Part shown: one piece after another, positions 36,082 to 48,600 of the stretch
Numbering within the stretch: position 1 is the stretch's first letter
How the letters are laid out: every line of letters starts with the position of its first letter
Source: Marsupella aquatica
Taxonomy: Eukaryota; Plantae; Marchantiophyta
Reading direction: 5' to 3'
NCBI GenBank assembly: GCA_973895155.1
Contig: OZ316899.1
Location: 12,306,834-12,370,833 of the forward strand
DNA: 64,000 bases
Notes under the pieces: generated by a model
What the model was told of the DNA's origin: nothing
The model's database searches: none
What the model saw: the letters and a program-made list of their open reading frames with translations, nothing else
Made by a program: the position numbers and the translations under genes

Positions 36082-39000
36082 TGTCACGTCGTCAGCCTAG
36101 GCCTTAACCCAAGCTTTGGCTTAGACAGGCATATCCTCCGTTAGTATGAGGGTTCGGACAAGGAGGGACGCACAGACTGCACCTAACTCCCGTAATCTAG
36201 CGCTAAGTGCGACTACTATCACTTACATACACTTCCTAGGTATGATTTGTGTTCCGCTGCCGGAACATACCTTAGTCGATAGTGGGATCGACCTCGGCTT
36301 AGGGCTTCTAAGCCTTTGTGCTATCCGCCTTCAATCCGGATCCAATGATACGAGCATTCAACCCGGACTCATAGCCACTCCTCCACGACCTGCAGTCCAT
36401 GCACGGCTCGGGTAGTGTGCTCGGCCAAGCATTGGCACCCATACATGAGATTAATACATGAACACACACACACAAGCATACAATCTTGGTTTACACGAAG
36501 GAAATAATGGGAAAGGATTTTACTTCACAAGTCAACACACACTTATACTTGGTTGACCCAATAGCTCTTGAATGAACAGGTCCAAGGCCGAGGGGCGCAC
36601 ACTACAACGGAGCCCGACTCCGCACTCGCCCAACAAGCTTAGTCGTACCCCCTCCCCTCGGTACTCTTTCACTCACAGAGATCAGGACTCCCCGCACATA
36701 CTGCGGATGTCCAACTCTGAGACTAAACCCCCCCCCCCCCTTGGCTCTACCAAGGGGTGCACTAAATACTAAGGGCTGAGGACCGGAGTGGCCTTGTGCC
36801 CAAATATTCACTAACTAAGATCCTAACTAAGCTGGCTGTGAGGCCGGAAAAGGGTTTGTCTTATTAGAAGATTCTAATCTACGCAGGCCAGACAGCATGG
36901 CAACACCGCTTTAACTAGGGCAGGCGCTTGTCCCTATAGCCTGATTTAGCTACACCTAACTCTATTTTAATCTTACTCCACCGCTAATGCCTGGCACGCT
37001 TGCCAGAGCCGCCCGAGTGGGAGCGGCTATCCCGCTGCCTTTTGAGTCTGTCGGCGTCCTGCTTGAGTAGCTCTACCTGGTCCAACATAGATTTGTTCTC
37101 TTGCTTTGCCGTTTCCTCCGCGGCTTCCTGGGATGCCTCCTCTAGTTGCTGTGCATCGCTCGTCAGCTTATCCACCAACTGGGCTTCTTTGTGGCTTCTC
37201 CTTGGATCCGTGCCACTTCCGCCTTCAGGGCGTCTATCTTGGTTGCGTCTTGTTGGGACCGAGCATCGGCCTCCTCTACATCCTTTTGTCAGCTAACAAC
37301 TTGCCCCTTCAAACCGTCAATCTGGGTCCGAAGCAATCTTGGAGTCTTTTCCAAACCCGACCTACTCTGCTAAGGCTGCCTGGGCCCTGGCCTTGGCAAC
37401 TTGATCCTCCGTGGCTGATACCTGAGGTCATAGTTGTTGGAGTTGAGTCTCTAGGGCCACCACTTTGTCCTTCAGGTACGCTGACTCAACCCGGTACCGC
37501 TCTATTCTTTGCATCATCTCAGCCTGCGCATGTCCTGCCTTTACAACGGCAACCAACTCCTAGTTGAAGAAGTAGGCCACCTTCCGTGCCATGTATTCCC
37601 CGGTATCCCGTGCAATTTGTTGAGAGAAATCTCCCAACAACCCGTTCAGAAATGTGCTTGGCGCAAAGAGTTTCGGGTGGTCCAGACTATGCCCTCTAGA
37701 TTTGGGCAAGGACAGACCCCAGCCCGTGCGGGAGTTGGAGTGGAAACGTCCAGCCCTTGAGGTAAGTTGGTCGAAGGGGCTGGTTTCACTGGAGCTGGGC
37801 GGTTCTCCTGCATAGCCGTGGGGGGTGGCGGGATCTCCTTGGCCACCGTAGTGTCGGGTTTGGGTCTGGTCTCAGCCGGCCCGACATCAATCGCGTTGAT
37901 CTGGTTAATTGCATCCAGGGTCGCAATAACTGTGTCTACGGGTATGCTTGGCGGGGCGGTAGCAACTGGTTGCGGGGCCGGGGTAGCAGGGCTTGCGGCT
38001 GCCAGGCTTTGGGCCTCGGCTGCGGTCGCTTCTCCTGAGCTGGGAATACCTACTTTGATGGGGTCAATTCAGTCTCATTGCTACGGGGAAGGCTTCGGCG
38101 GTTGAAACGGGCATACCACTCGATGATGATCTCGATGTGGCTTGCAAAGTACGCCTTTTCGCCAAGGTATAAGGTCTTCCTTCTCCGCTCCATCTCCTCA
38201 TGGAACTTCTTGACAAAGAAGGATGCCCACCTCCTAGGCCAAAAGTTATCTACTTGTATGACCTGGGCGGCGGATATTTCACCCCGTGGTTCCATCATGT
38301 GGAGGGCATACCGCTGGAACTCTAGGCGTTCTGCTACCTCCGGGATGAGGCACGTCCTCATCAAGAATCTGTTGTCCACTGCTCCCTTGGTCGGGAAGCT
38401 AGAAGACTGGTATTTAGCTCCCTTGCCCCCAGGAGCCCGCAACTCTACCCGGTTTATTCCTTCAGGTAGCCCTAAAATCATCTTCAAACGTGCCTCATTG
38501 AGACACATCACTCTCCTGTGCGCTCGGGTTTGTTGGCGGGCCTCGTCAAAGTTCTCTCAATGAACTGCGTCATATCCTGCCCGTAGTACCTGCTTCCATT
38601 CCAAGGGAGAGAGGCGAGATGCTCAAACCCTTGAGTCTTCAGGTAGCATGCATGCTTGGGGTGGAGGATGTTCTTGTGAACATTCTCCCCCATGCAATGC
38701 ATGGCCAGGTTGGCCATTGCAACCGTGGCCAAAGGCAGCCCGGATACAGCTACGGGTTCCTTTCTCTTCCTAACCTGAGATTGATTCCCGGGGTGGCTAG
38801 AAGAGGGGCACATCTCCCCATCCTCCCAGTTGGGTGGCGGTAGCGCTACCGCCGTGCGTATTGGTGCGGGGGCCGCTACAGTTACTGTGTTATCCCCTCG
38901 GGCTTGTTGGAGTGGCACCGGGTTGCTTGGAGCATGCTGATTTGTATCCCGCGGCCGTCGGTTCAGGGGAGGGTGAGCCTCCTCGTCTTCAGAGCTAATA

Positions 39001-40026
39001 TTTACCGCATTTACCATGGATCGCACCCGAAGAGGTGGTTCAACAGGTGGTGGAGATTGGCTTGACTGAGGCCGAGGTGGTGGTGGTGCAAGTACCAACG
39101 GATTGGCGCCAATTGCAGCTAGGGGAGGTGCCATTAGATTCAAGAAGTCCCTGGGGAAGTCGAGTGTCATTAAGATAGGAGTCTCGGTTGTTTGGGCAGG
39201 GCCAAACTGACAATCTATGGATGCTTGAACTCGAGCGAGGATATGGTCGTAGTGGTGCGGCTGCAAGTCTATTGTGCCCAGGAGACGATAAACCCTGTCC
39301 GAAAGCCAAAGGAGCGCTTCCCAAAAACCAACGTACTTCTTGTCGACAAAGAAGTACTCGCTGATTTTGTTGACTCGGCAAAGCTCACTCTGGAATGGGA
39401 GGTCAAAATTTCCGTTATAGTGATTATGGCCGGCTAAGTGAATGGCTCTCTCATAAGCTTGTTTGGTCTCGTTCGGCGCGGCTTGACCTTGGCTAAGTGA
39501 CTTCCCACGGATAGGAATTGCAGCCAAAATTGAAGGGCCAAACTAGACAATATCGTGATAAACACCCAGGAGTGACGGTGGGCGACCAAGGATGGACAAA
39601 GTGGCTGAGATCAAAGCTGGCGCGCGGAATGGAGTGTGGGTGTAATACGAGAGAATGGCCCTCCTTTTATACTCTGAGAGCGCATCATTTGACAGGCCCC
39701 TCCTCCTTCCCTATAGGTCAAGCTTTTCACGCTCATAGTGTATTGGCCACTCGCAGGTCCGGTTCAGAGCGTGTCAGTGGCCGCCTCCGAGAATTTGTTA
39801 TACAGACCCGAAGGGTCCCTTACACGCTTGTAACCCGGAAGTACAAATGGCGCTCCGCCGCCATCCCGAACATAAATGCACCTTATTAACTAATGATTCC
39901 CTAGTCATAAGTACTACCTAATTAGTGTTGTTATGCTAATAACTATGGCCTACGATGCCCCTAATGCGCGTGTTAAGCATGGGCTAGGCCAAATCAATCA
40001 TTAACCGTCGTGCTGGCGGCGTCACA
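36082..40026 (-). mobile_element. Family B LTR-like unit, uninterrupted (3945 bp)
   Basis: TGTCACG...CGTCACA; TSD AAATG at 36077-36081 and 40027-40031; integrase sequence on both sides. Confidence 0.96.
36984..39565 (-). pseudogene. Family-B ORF (about 860 codons, frameshifted)
   Basis: ORFs 38508..39527, 38050..38511, 37646..37846 and 36984..37178 are collinear with the plus-strand copy. Confidence 0.85.
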
Positions 40027-40422
40027 AAATGTAGGAATCTCAAGTTGTATGGGTACTAAAGCTTCCTATCCGAAGGTTAAGAAGAAAGGTGTGTGGCTGA
40101 TGGTTGACTTGTAGGCTAAATTGTAAGCAAAGACAGCAGCAAAAAATTTGTCATCCCAATCGATTTTGTTTTGGGCCACTGTCTTGTTTTAAGATCTTAG
40201 CAATGATGCCATTTGCTTGTTTGGTCAGCCCATTTTCTTTTGGGTGGTAAGGGGTGGTAGGCCAATGACATACTAGGTACTACTCATTTAAACGGTTGAC
40301 TATATCATTCAAGAAATGAGGTCCTCTATCACTCACTAATTCTAGGGGTGCTCCATACCTGGTAAAGATTTGCTCATATACAAAACAAGTCGTGGTGACG
40401 TCATCATCCTTTGGCGTTGGCC

Positions 40423-42670
40423 TGGCAGACAGACTTGGCATTTGAACAGCCTAGCAGAGGACTTGGCGTTTGAAATGCTTCTCAATGGCATACCTTCGCG
40501 GATTGGTATCAGCGAGAAAAGCTGCAAGATGGCTTCCTATCAAAAGAAATTGATACCAAAACCGGACAGCTGAACTGGAAAGGATAGGGCCGGTCATATG
40601 GCAAGGTGTGTTGGGTTGCTAAGGGGGAGATGGAGGAGCTGATAAGTTGCAAAACTCAACTACCTTAACACTTAGCTCCAACGTCGTTGACTCCAACGCC
40701 AAGCTCCCTTATGGTCTAGGCCCGGATAGGCCATTTGGGGAGGACTTAGCATGAGGAGACTTGTGGGCAATGGAATGTGGCACTAGCGAAGGCAAGGCGC
40801 CAAGATGGTGACACACACTAAGGACTTTGACTAGCTGAGAGCTGGTTGGGTCAAGGGGAAAGGGGCGGGCTCAAGGTTGACCGTCCGGACTCTCGGACAG
40901 ACTTTGAGTTCAAAGGGCTTGAGTGAGAGCTCCTCTTGGGCCCAAGGCCAATGGAGTTGACGCCATGAGCAACGGATGCTTGGGGCGCGAGTTATGGCCT
41001 GATCCAGGTTTGGCTGATTGGGGGCCCCGAGCGGCAATGAGACCTGAGGGCCTAGGCATGAGCACTGGATTGGCCTGGTCATAACGGGCTAAGGCACTCC
41101 GCTTGCAGACGCCTAACTAGGAAGTTATGGGCGTTGCTAGTTGGTGGTGCACCCAGACATGCGTGATAGAATCCGGGTTGTGGCCCAAAAAGTTGAGGAC
41201 CAAAGTTTGTTTGAGGGTGGAAGGTCCCCAGAATCATATATGAGGGGAGTGGTGTCTCCCTGGGGGCTAAGGGCGAGCCAAAATTGTGAGCCGCAGCGGT
41301 TGCGACACTAAGGGAAAACGCCAAATTAACTGAAACAACGATAACTTCCCAACGGAAAGTCTGTTGGAAGACTCCTTGGATGCTTGGAAAGCTCTCAAGG
41401 AGGACTACATCCTCCTGAGCTTATCTGGGTCTGGGGGCGCCATAGGTTCTCAAGGTTTGCGGATGTTATCATGCCCGCGTGCCAAATCCTGCCGAAACAG
41501 TAGCCAAGCTGAGTTCAGTCTCTCAAGGGAGCTTGCATTGGGGAGACAAGGCCAAGTAGGCATGGAGGTTAAGTTCCAAGGGCACTTGGCCCCTAGAACA
41601 TCAGCAGGGCAAGAACCGGGAGTTGGTTGCTAGAGTCGGGGCCATTCTGGTCCCGATGCGTTGGGACAATCTTGGGACAAGCTACGCTATTTGGGCCATG
41701 AACATGTCTTGGGGCCAGGGCGGTCAGTTGGTGATGGATAGGTACTATGACGGGGTCCTCGACCCCGAAGACCAACATTAACTGTCTACCGAAGGTGTTT
41801 TTTGGTAAATAAACCAGATGTGAATTTTCTTTAATTTTCATTTCCTTAGCACAACTACGTTAATTATGTTATTATGAGTCATGGCGGGCCAAGGGGCAGA
41901 TGAGGGAATAAAATTAGGCATCTCAAGGGGATACCACCAATTAATATTTGGAGACCCCGACAGTTTTCTAGGCCCCGATGTAATATTGGGGAGCAGTTAG
42001 TTTTTTTTTGGGGGGGGCGGCTATGGGGACCCTTTGTGGAGGCCCATTTTAGTGGGGAGGTTTTTAAGGGGGGTTTAAAACCCCTCTATTGGAGGACGGG
42101 AGGCGCGAGCCAAAGCCCACCTATGGAGCGAGCCGGGAGTCGAGCCCTACATAGGGCCGCAAGCCGGGGGGCATTATGTGTCCTGGGAGGCGCCAGAGCC
42201 CACGAGAGGGAGCCGGGGCAGGTGGGCGCAGCAGCCGCAAGCAGGAGGGGCAAGCCATAAGGGCAGTCGCGAGCTGGGAGGTCAGTGAGTTAAGGAGCTG
42301 GGAGGCAGGAGGCAGGTGGCAGCCGGATAGGCATTAAGGCTCCCGAGAGCCAGGAGCAAGAAAGGGCAAGAGGGAGGGGGGAGACGGGCACAAACCTCTA
42401 CACTATGAGCCAGGAGCAGGAGGAGCGCGCCAGGTGGAAGCCATGCAGGAGGGCCGCGAGCCAGGAGGGTGCGGGCCCAAGGTGGGAAGTACGCGTGTGT
42501 GTGTGAGGGGGTTAAATCCCCCAATCCTGGGGGGTAGGTACAGGGCCGGTGGGAAGCAGGGCAAACCATCCCCCCCGGGGAAGCAGCTAGACAAGGGCGA
42601 GGCACCAGGGTGACCCCCTCATGTTTTTTTCCCTCATTCTAGCCATTCCCTTAGAGTGCTGAAAGCTTCA
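40423..42670. other. Unassigned, probably retroelement leader/LTR (possible terminus TGTCTACCG at 41783)
   Basis: No convincing ORF; composition shifts at about 41783; flanked by TE junctions. No partner copy in the window. Confidence 0.3.
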
Positions 42671-45600
42671 TGTGGTGCGTCCCATGGCTCCCTGAACCCA
42701 AGAAACCCCCCTGCACAAGCCGATTCCCGCAGGTTTTGCTCTTGCCGAGGCCGGTTTTGCGGCTTAGCGGCATGGGACGCTGCTAACTTTGACTAACATT
42801 TTACACACATATACTGGACAGATCCTTCATCGGGTCATGAGATGTGAAGCCGGCCTCTTCTATGCCTTCCATTGTCCTCCTCTCCTGGTCTCCCTTTAGG
42901 TATGTTTGGATTCCGCCATCGGAATTATCCCCAACTGGCTTGGGTAAGCCGCTAAGACCTCTCTCAGCTCGACACATCCAACTCTTACTACCTTGCTTAC
43001 TCCCTTCTTGGTTGATGTGGGCATCTTCAAACAAGTTAATGCGACACACAAATAGCAAAATGACTCCTTCTGACTGAGTTATACCATGCACTTGCCATAC
43101 AAATAGTACTTCTCATACACAAGATCTGCGAACTAAGCCGTGAGGCCAACTCTATTCATCTCTTAAGTATGAGGAAACATGAATATACACACGGGTCACA
43201 ACATAACTAACCGAGAGCTTCTTTAACTACTTGATCCCAGCCCTGCTGGTGCACTAAAAACTTGCTAAGGAAGAAGGCTCTAAACCTCCCCACTGCCCAG
43301 GTACTTATCCTGGCAGTGGATCCGCCCAATTCCTTGCAACGTAAGCCTAATCTAACCTGACCGTAATCTACCTATGTACAGCAAGGCAGGAGCACAAGTG
43401 TTGCTCTTACCAATGGATCCGCAATCCCACTAAGCTAAGTGTCAGGGCCGCCTCCTGGTCCTGATCCTAATTCTAAACTTGGAGATCTGAGCCCGCCTTG
43501 CCCACTCACGCCTCCTCCCTCCACGTCCGCCCTCCTTAAAAGGAGCGGCCCTCCACCACCGTCATGGTAGTGGTGGCTGATCCTCAATGGACGCCCCCAA
43601 CACTTCCTCCGTAGCCACTACCGTAGGTCCATCATCTAACAGATTACCTGCTCTGGACCGAGTCAACTCTCCATCGGCCTGACTGGGTCCACCCTCAGCT
43701 TCGGCCTCAGCATCGGCCATGGCCTCCAATATGGTTCCGGCTTCCCCGGCCTGTTCAAGTGGTGGATTTGGTACACCGGCCTCATCACTGAGCATTCCGG
43801 CTTCGCCCTTGCCATCCCGGCCTTGTAGGACAGTTGGATCCTCTGTCGTGACCCTGCCTGAGGTTGGTGCCGGGTTTACCTCCTTGGTCACGATGGCTTG
43901 AGAAGCCGTGTTACTCCCCGACCCAAAAGGTTTTCGCTTTTTCTTCTTCCTTGTTTCGGCAACTAGTCCCTTCCCCTTGCCACTTACCTCCGGCACCGGT
44001 GCGAGTGTCTCGGCTTGTCCTTCGGCCAGTACTACTTCTGGCAACTTGGTTTCCCCTTGTGGTGCGTCCCATGGCGCCCCATACCCAAGAAACTCCCCCG
44101 CACAAGCCGATTCCCGTAGGTTTCGTCCTCGACGAGGCCGTTTCCACGGCTTAGCGGCATGGGACGCTGCTAATCTCTTCTACTACTACAATTAACATCT
44201 TACACACATATACTGGACAGATCCTTCATCGGGTCATGAGATACTTAGCCGGCCTATTCTAGGCCCTCCCTTGTATTCCTCTCCTGGTCTTCCATTAGGT
44301 ATGTTTGGATTCCGCTGCCGGAATGATCCCCAATTTGGCTTGGTTAAGCCACTAAGACCTCTCTCAGCTCGACACATCCATCTCTCACTCCCTTGCTACC
44401 TGCCCCGGACCGAGTCAACTCTTCATCGGCCTGACTGGGTCCACCCTCGGCTTCGGCCTCAGCATCGGCCACGGCCTCCTCGACATGTTTTAGTAGAGGA
44501 TCTGGTACCTCGGTTTCATTATTGGTTGTCCCGGCCTCGGCCTTGCCATCCCCACTTCCTAGGACTGGTGGATCCACCGCCGTGCCGATGTCGGAGGTTG
44601 GTGCCGGGTTTATCTTCTCGGTCACAACAGCTTGAGAAGCCGTATAACTCCCAGACCTAGAAGGTTTTCGCTTCTTCTTCTTCCCTATTTCAACAGCCAG
44701 TTCCTTCCCCTTGCCACTTACCTTCGACACCAGGGTGAGTGTCTCGGCTTGTCCTTCGGCCAATACTACCCCTGGTAACTGGGTTGCCCCAATTGGAGTT
44801 GGACCGGATGAAGCCAAGCATTTAAATACTGCGGCTTGTTTCTTCAGTCGCTCCGTTTGGTTGTCGGCCCGCCGCTGTAGGTTCTCCATCTTCCTCGTGA
44901 TTTCCTCCAACTCCTCCTGGGTCTCGTCCAGGTCCTTGCGTGCCTCCTCCAGCTCCTTTCTGGCTTCCTCCAATTCTTTCTTTACGGTAGCCCTCTCCTC
45001 CTGGGTTGCTCTTAGCTCCTTGTCCAGCTCTGCTACGACCACAGACTCCATCTTATTCATCTTGGCATAAGTCTGGTCGAGCTGGTCGTCCTTTTCATGC
45101 AGGTCGGCCTTGAAGCTGGCCGTCAGGGATGCAAGCTCCTGCTGCAGCGCAATAATCCCTTGATAGGATTTCCCTAACTCTGCTTCCTTCTGCTCAAGGG
45201 CTCCGCGGATATCTTCGAGCTCTCCTTTCAATGCCCTCTCCCTTCTCTGAGTCTCCGCCATGGCCCGGTTGTTGGCGGTTAAGTGGGCCTCCTCTGCGTC
45301 CCTTAGCTCCCGCTTCCATTTCTCTCTTTCCTTGACTACGCCGGCCAACTCTCCTTGGGTCCGAGTCAGTTTATCTTTGATAATCTGATTGTCAGACTGA
45401 GCGGTATCCAACTGCCCCTGCATGATGTTTAGCTCATGTCGCTTAATCCGCAGCTCATCTTGGGCTTTCTTGGCCGCCTGCAGGACTTCCACCTCGGCTT
45501 CCTTCTCCCTAAGCCGTCGGATGACCTCGTCCTTCTTGCTTCTCTCCAAAGCCACCGCTTCTTCTAATCGGTGCTTCTCCAACCTCTCCCTCTGGAAGAA

Positions 45601-48600
45601 AAGTCCCTGCTCCAACTCCTCCCCAAAGATGCTGAGCGCCAGGTCCCCACACATCTCCCTGTACTCCATGGCTCTATCCTTAGCATAGGTGGAGTAAGTA
45701 GAAGTCATCGGCAACAACCACCTCGGCCTCTATTCCCAAGCCGCCTTGTGGATTTCTTCTACGGTGGCAAGAGGGTTGCTTCTTTTTTTGGCAAGCCGCT
45801 TGATGTCCTCCGGCCAATCTCCTCCTAGTAAATCTTTCTCCCTAGCCAGGGCTGCCCTCTCTTCCTCCCTGAGTCGCTCCTGAAAGTCTTGTGCCGTCTG
45901 CTTTATGCCATCAAAGCTCGGGGGAGCAACCTCTAGTGGGGGAGACTCGGGGCTATTCTGCTGGGTGGGGTCCCCTTGAACTACTCTTGGAAGCGTGGGG
46001 ATAAATTGGCCACAGGTCCTTACTCCTGGAACATGATGATCCGACCCATAGCCGGAGTTATCATTGCTGTAGTCCTCCACCGCCTCCTCCACTCCTTGGA
46101 CTCCCTCCTTCCCCCTCTGTTCCCCTGGTCCTGCCGTGAAACCGGCCTCACAGATCACGGGCCCTTGTTCCTCCTCTCGGTTCCAGGCTGTCCTCTCCCT
46201 CTGCTCTCCTGGGGAAGGAGCCTTAGGCTGCTCTGCCTCCGATTCGGGGTTGAGGCTCCCATATACATTCGCACTCCCGGCTTGTGTTCCGGCCTCCTTC
46301 TCTCCTTCTCTCCTTGGCTCCGGTAAAGGGGTTTTCCCTCCTGAGTCGGCTTAGGCCGGCCTCTGGGGCAATGTCCTGTACCGGTGCCGTTGCCGTTGCC
46401 GTTGCCGTTGCTGGTGCCGTTCTCTCCTTCTCCAGCATTTTCAGCAGATTCTGCATGCCTGATTGCTGCATCGGCAAGTCCTCTTTCCTTGGCCGAAACA
46501 CCTGCTCTATCATAGGACTGACAGGCTGGTTGGGCTCTTTTGTTGTCGGCCTCTGCTCCGGAACCTCCTCCGATGCCCTTGCCGATAGGGGAAGTACTGG
46601 GGCAAAGATTTGACTTCTGGCATACCGGCACAACAGCGGCATGTGATAGCCAAGCCGGGACACGCTTCCCACGCCGACCACTTGCTGTTCCTCCTTCAAG
46701 ATTTTCTTCAGTTGGTTGAGGAGGTACCCGTTGTAATCCCGGCTTGGGTCTGGCCTTTCTGCCAGGTAGACCTAAGGCTTGCCGATCTCTGCCCTCGGCA
46801 AGTTACAATGCATGGTCACTCGCAAGAAATCGATCATCTCTCCGATGTGCGGGTTGGTGCAGGTGTTCCGGAAGAAGCCATTCTTCATTGATGGTCCTGG
46901 GAACAACCGGAACTCCTTGTCAGGTAAGGTCTTCCTGGTATCAACCTTGGTCTTATTACCCATCAGCAAGCCAAATACCTCGGCAATCACCTGGGGAGTG
47001 AGATAGAAATCCTTCCCATACACCCTTGTGGAATTGGTCTCGGGTTCCCATGATCCCACGAATTCTAATAAGTCTGAGTCCGGCACCTCCGGCTTCAGCC
47101 ATGGTAATCTTACGAAGGCTTCCAAGCTGGATCCGGCCATGAAGCCCTGGTACTTCTTGGTCTGCATGGCCGTAAAACATGCATCTTCCTCCCGTGCAAA
47201 ATGTAATTGCACTTCCTCTGGTAGGGTCGCCGCCCAGCCTTTCCAGGTGTCATCATTTGTTGGAATGGCATTGATGGGATTGACCTCATCCTCTTCGGCT
47301 TCTCCCTGCCTCCTGTTCTGCTGCTCTACTGGTTTCCTTGGTGCCGCCGACCTCGTTCTTTTTGCCGGGGTGGCCTCTTCGTTGTTGTTTCCTTTCCTCT
47401 TCATCTCGGCTGTCGTGGATGTTTCTCCTAGCACAGTTACCTTTGTCCACTCTTCCGTGCTACCCTTCAACTCCCAGTGCGCGTCGTTGCAGCGGTTGAT
47501 GGCTTCCCGAATGCCGACGATTCTCTCTTCGCAAAACTGAAGGTCATCGAGCTGATTGGCAGTAGGAGTCCACAAGAACTGGGCCTTGATGAGTTCTCCT
47601 CCTAAGAAGGTAGACTTTTGCAGCTCCCACAGTCGAGCGAGCTCCTGCCGTTCTCGAGCTACTCTCTCTGATTCTTCGTCCTCGTAAGTCCCAATGTACT
47701 CAGTTGCCCGTTCGAACAGGCATCCCCAAAAATGTGCCACTTGATTGATGTTGCTCATACCCTCCTTGACTCGATCGTTGGTATCTGTTCCCACCCAGAG
47801 TGCTTGCCTAAGTAGCTGATTGTATTTGGCCTCCATAGTCGTCTGCTCAGTTCGTGCTTGCAAATGAGCCACTATTCCTCGCGAGCGGTCCTTACCCCTC
47901 TCCTCCTCTGGTCTTCCCTTCCGTTGGTCACCCCTAGCCGTTGACGCTTAGCGCGCCCTAACCCTAATCGTGTTCTCTCCCCCAACGTCCTTACTTCCGG
48001 CCTCGGCCCGGGTTCCATAGTCACCCTTAATTGTTTATATTTTCCTTGTCTTGTTACTATACTAAGGTGTTTCCAGGGTACACTCCTGCTTTTACCATGT
48101 AAACCGGCCTAGTGATTCCTGGCTAGGCATCACACCCCTATTGGAGTTGGACTTGAGGAAGCCAAACACTTAAATACTGCGGCCTGTTTCTTCAGCCGCT
48201 CCGTTTGGTTGTCGGCTCGCCGCTGTAAGTTCTCCATCTTCCGCGTGCTCTCCTCCAACTCCTCCTGCAATTTGTCCAGGTCCTTGCGCGCCTCCTCCCG
48301 CTCCTTTTGGGCTTCCTCCAACTCTCTCTGGGCTTCCTCAAACTTCTTTTTTAAGGTAGCCCTCTCAACCTGGGTTGCTCTTAGCTCCTTGTCGAGCTCC
48401 GTTACAACCTCAGACTCCATTTTATTCATCTTGGCATAAGTCTGGTCGAGCTGGTTGTCTTTCTCACGGAGGTTGGCCTTGAAGCTGGCCGTCATGGATG
48501 CGAGCTCCTGTCGTAGCACAATGATCGCCTGATAGGATTTTCCTAACTCGGCCTCCTTCTGCTCAAGGGCTCCGCGGATATCCTCGAGCTCCCCCTTCAA

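Larger units (their letters stand above)
35889..40422 (-). pseudogene. pol: Ty3/gypsy integrase core and C-terminal fragment, split by B (40032-40422 and 35889-36081)
   Basis: YEQIFTRYGAPLELVSDRG, TTPYHP..NG, QQYDKK..GDLVLL; 40280-40420 closely matches 1915-2065. Confidence 0.9.

Noticed and set aside
39450-39565. B ORF as a retroviral-like envelope protein
   Set aside because: The N-terminus is mildly hydrophobic, but no C-terminal transmembrane anchor is seen and basic NLS-like motifs are present.
36082-40026. A/B units as Ginger or other DDE DNA transposons
   Set aside because: Only 7-8 bp imperfect terminal inversions and no integrase/transposase catalytic motifs recognised; not formally excluded as non-autonomous derivatives.
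44344-44400. Novel C-terminus of the 457-aa ORF
   Set aside because: Read-through into 3' non-coding sequence created by the deletion of about 0.65 kb.
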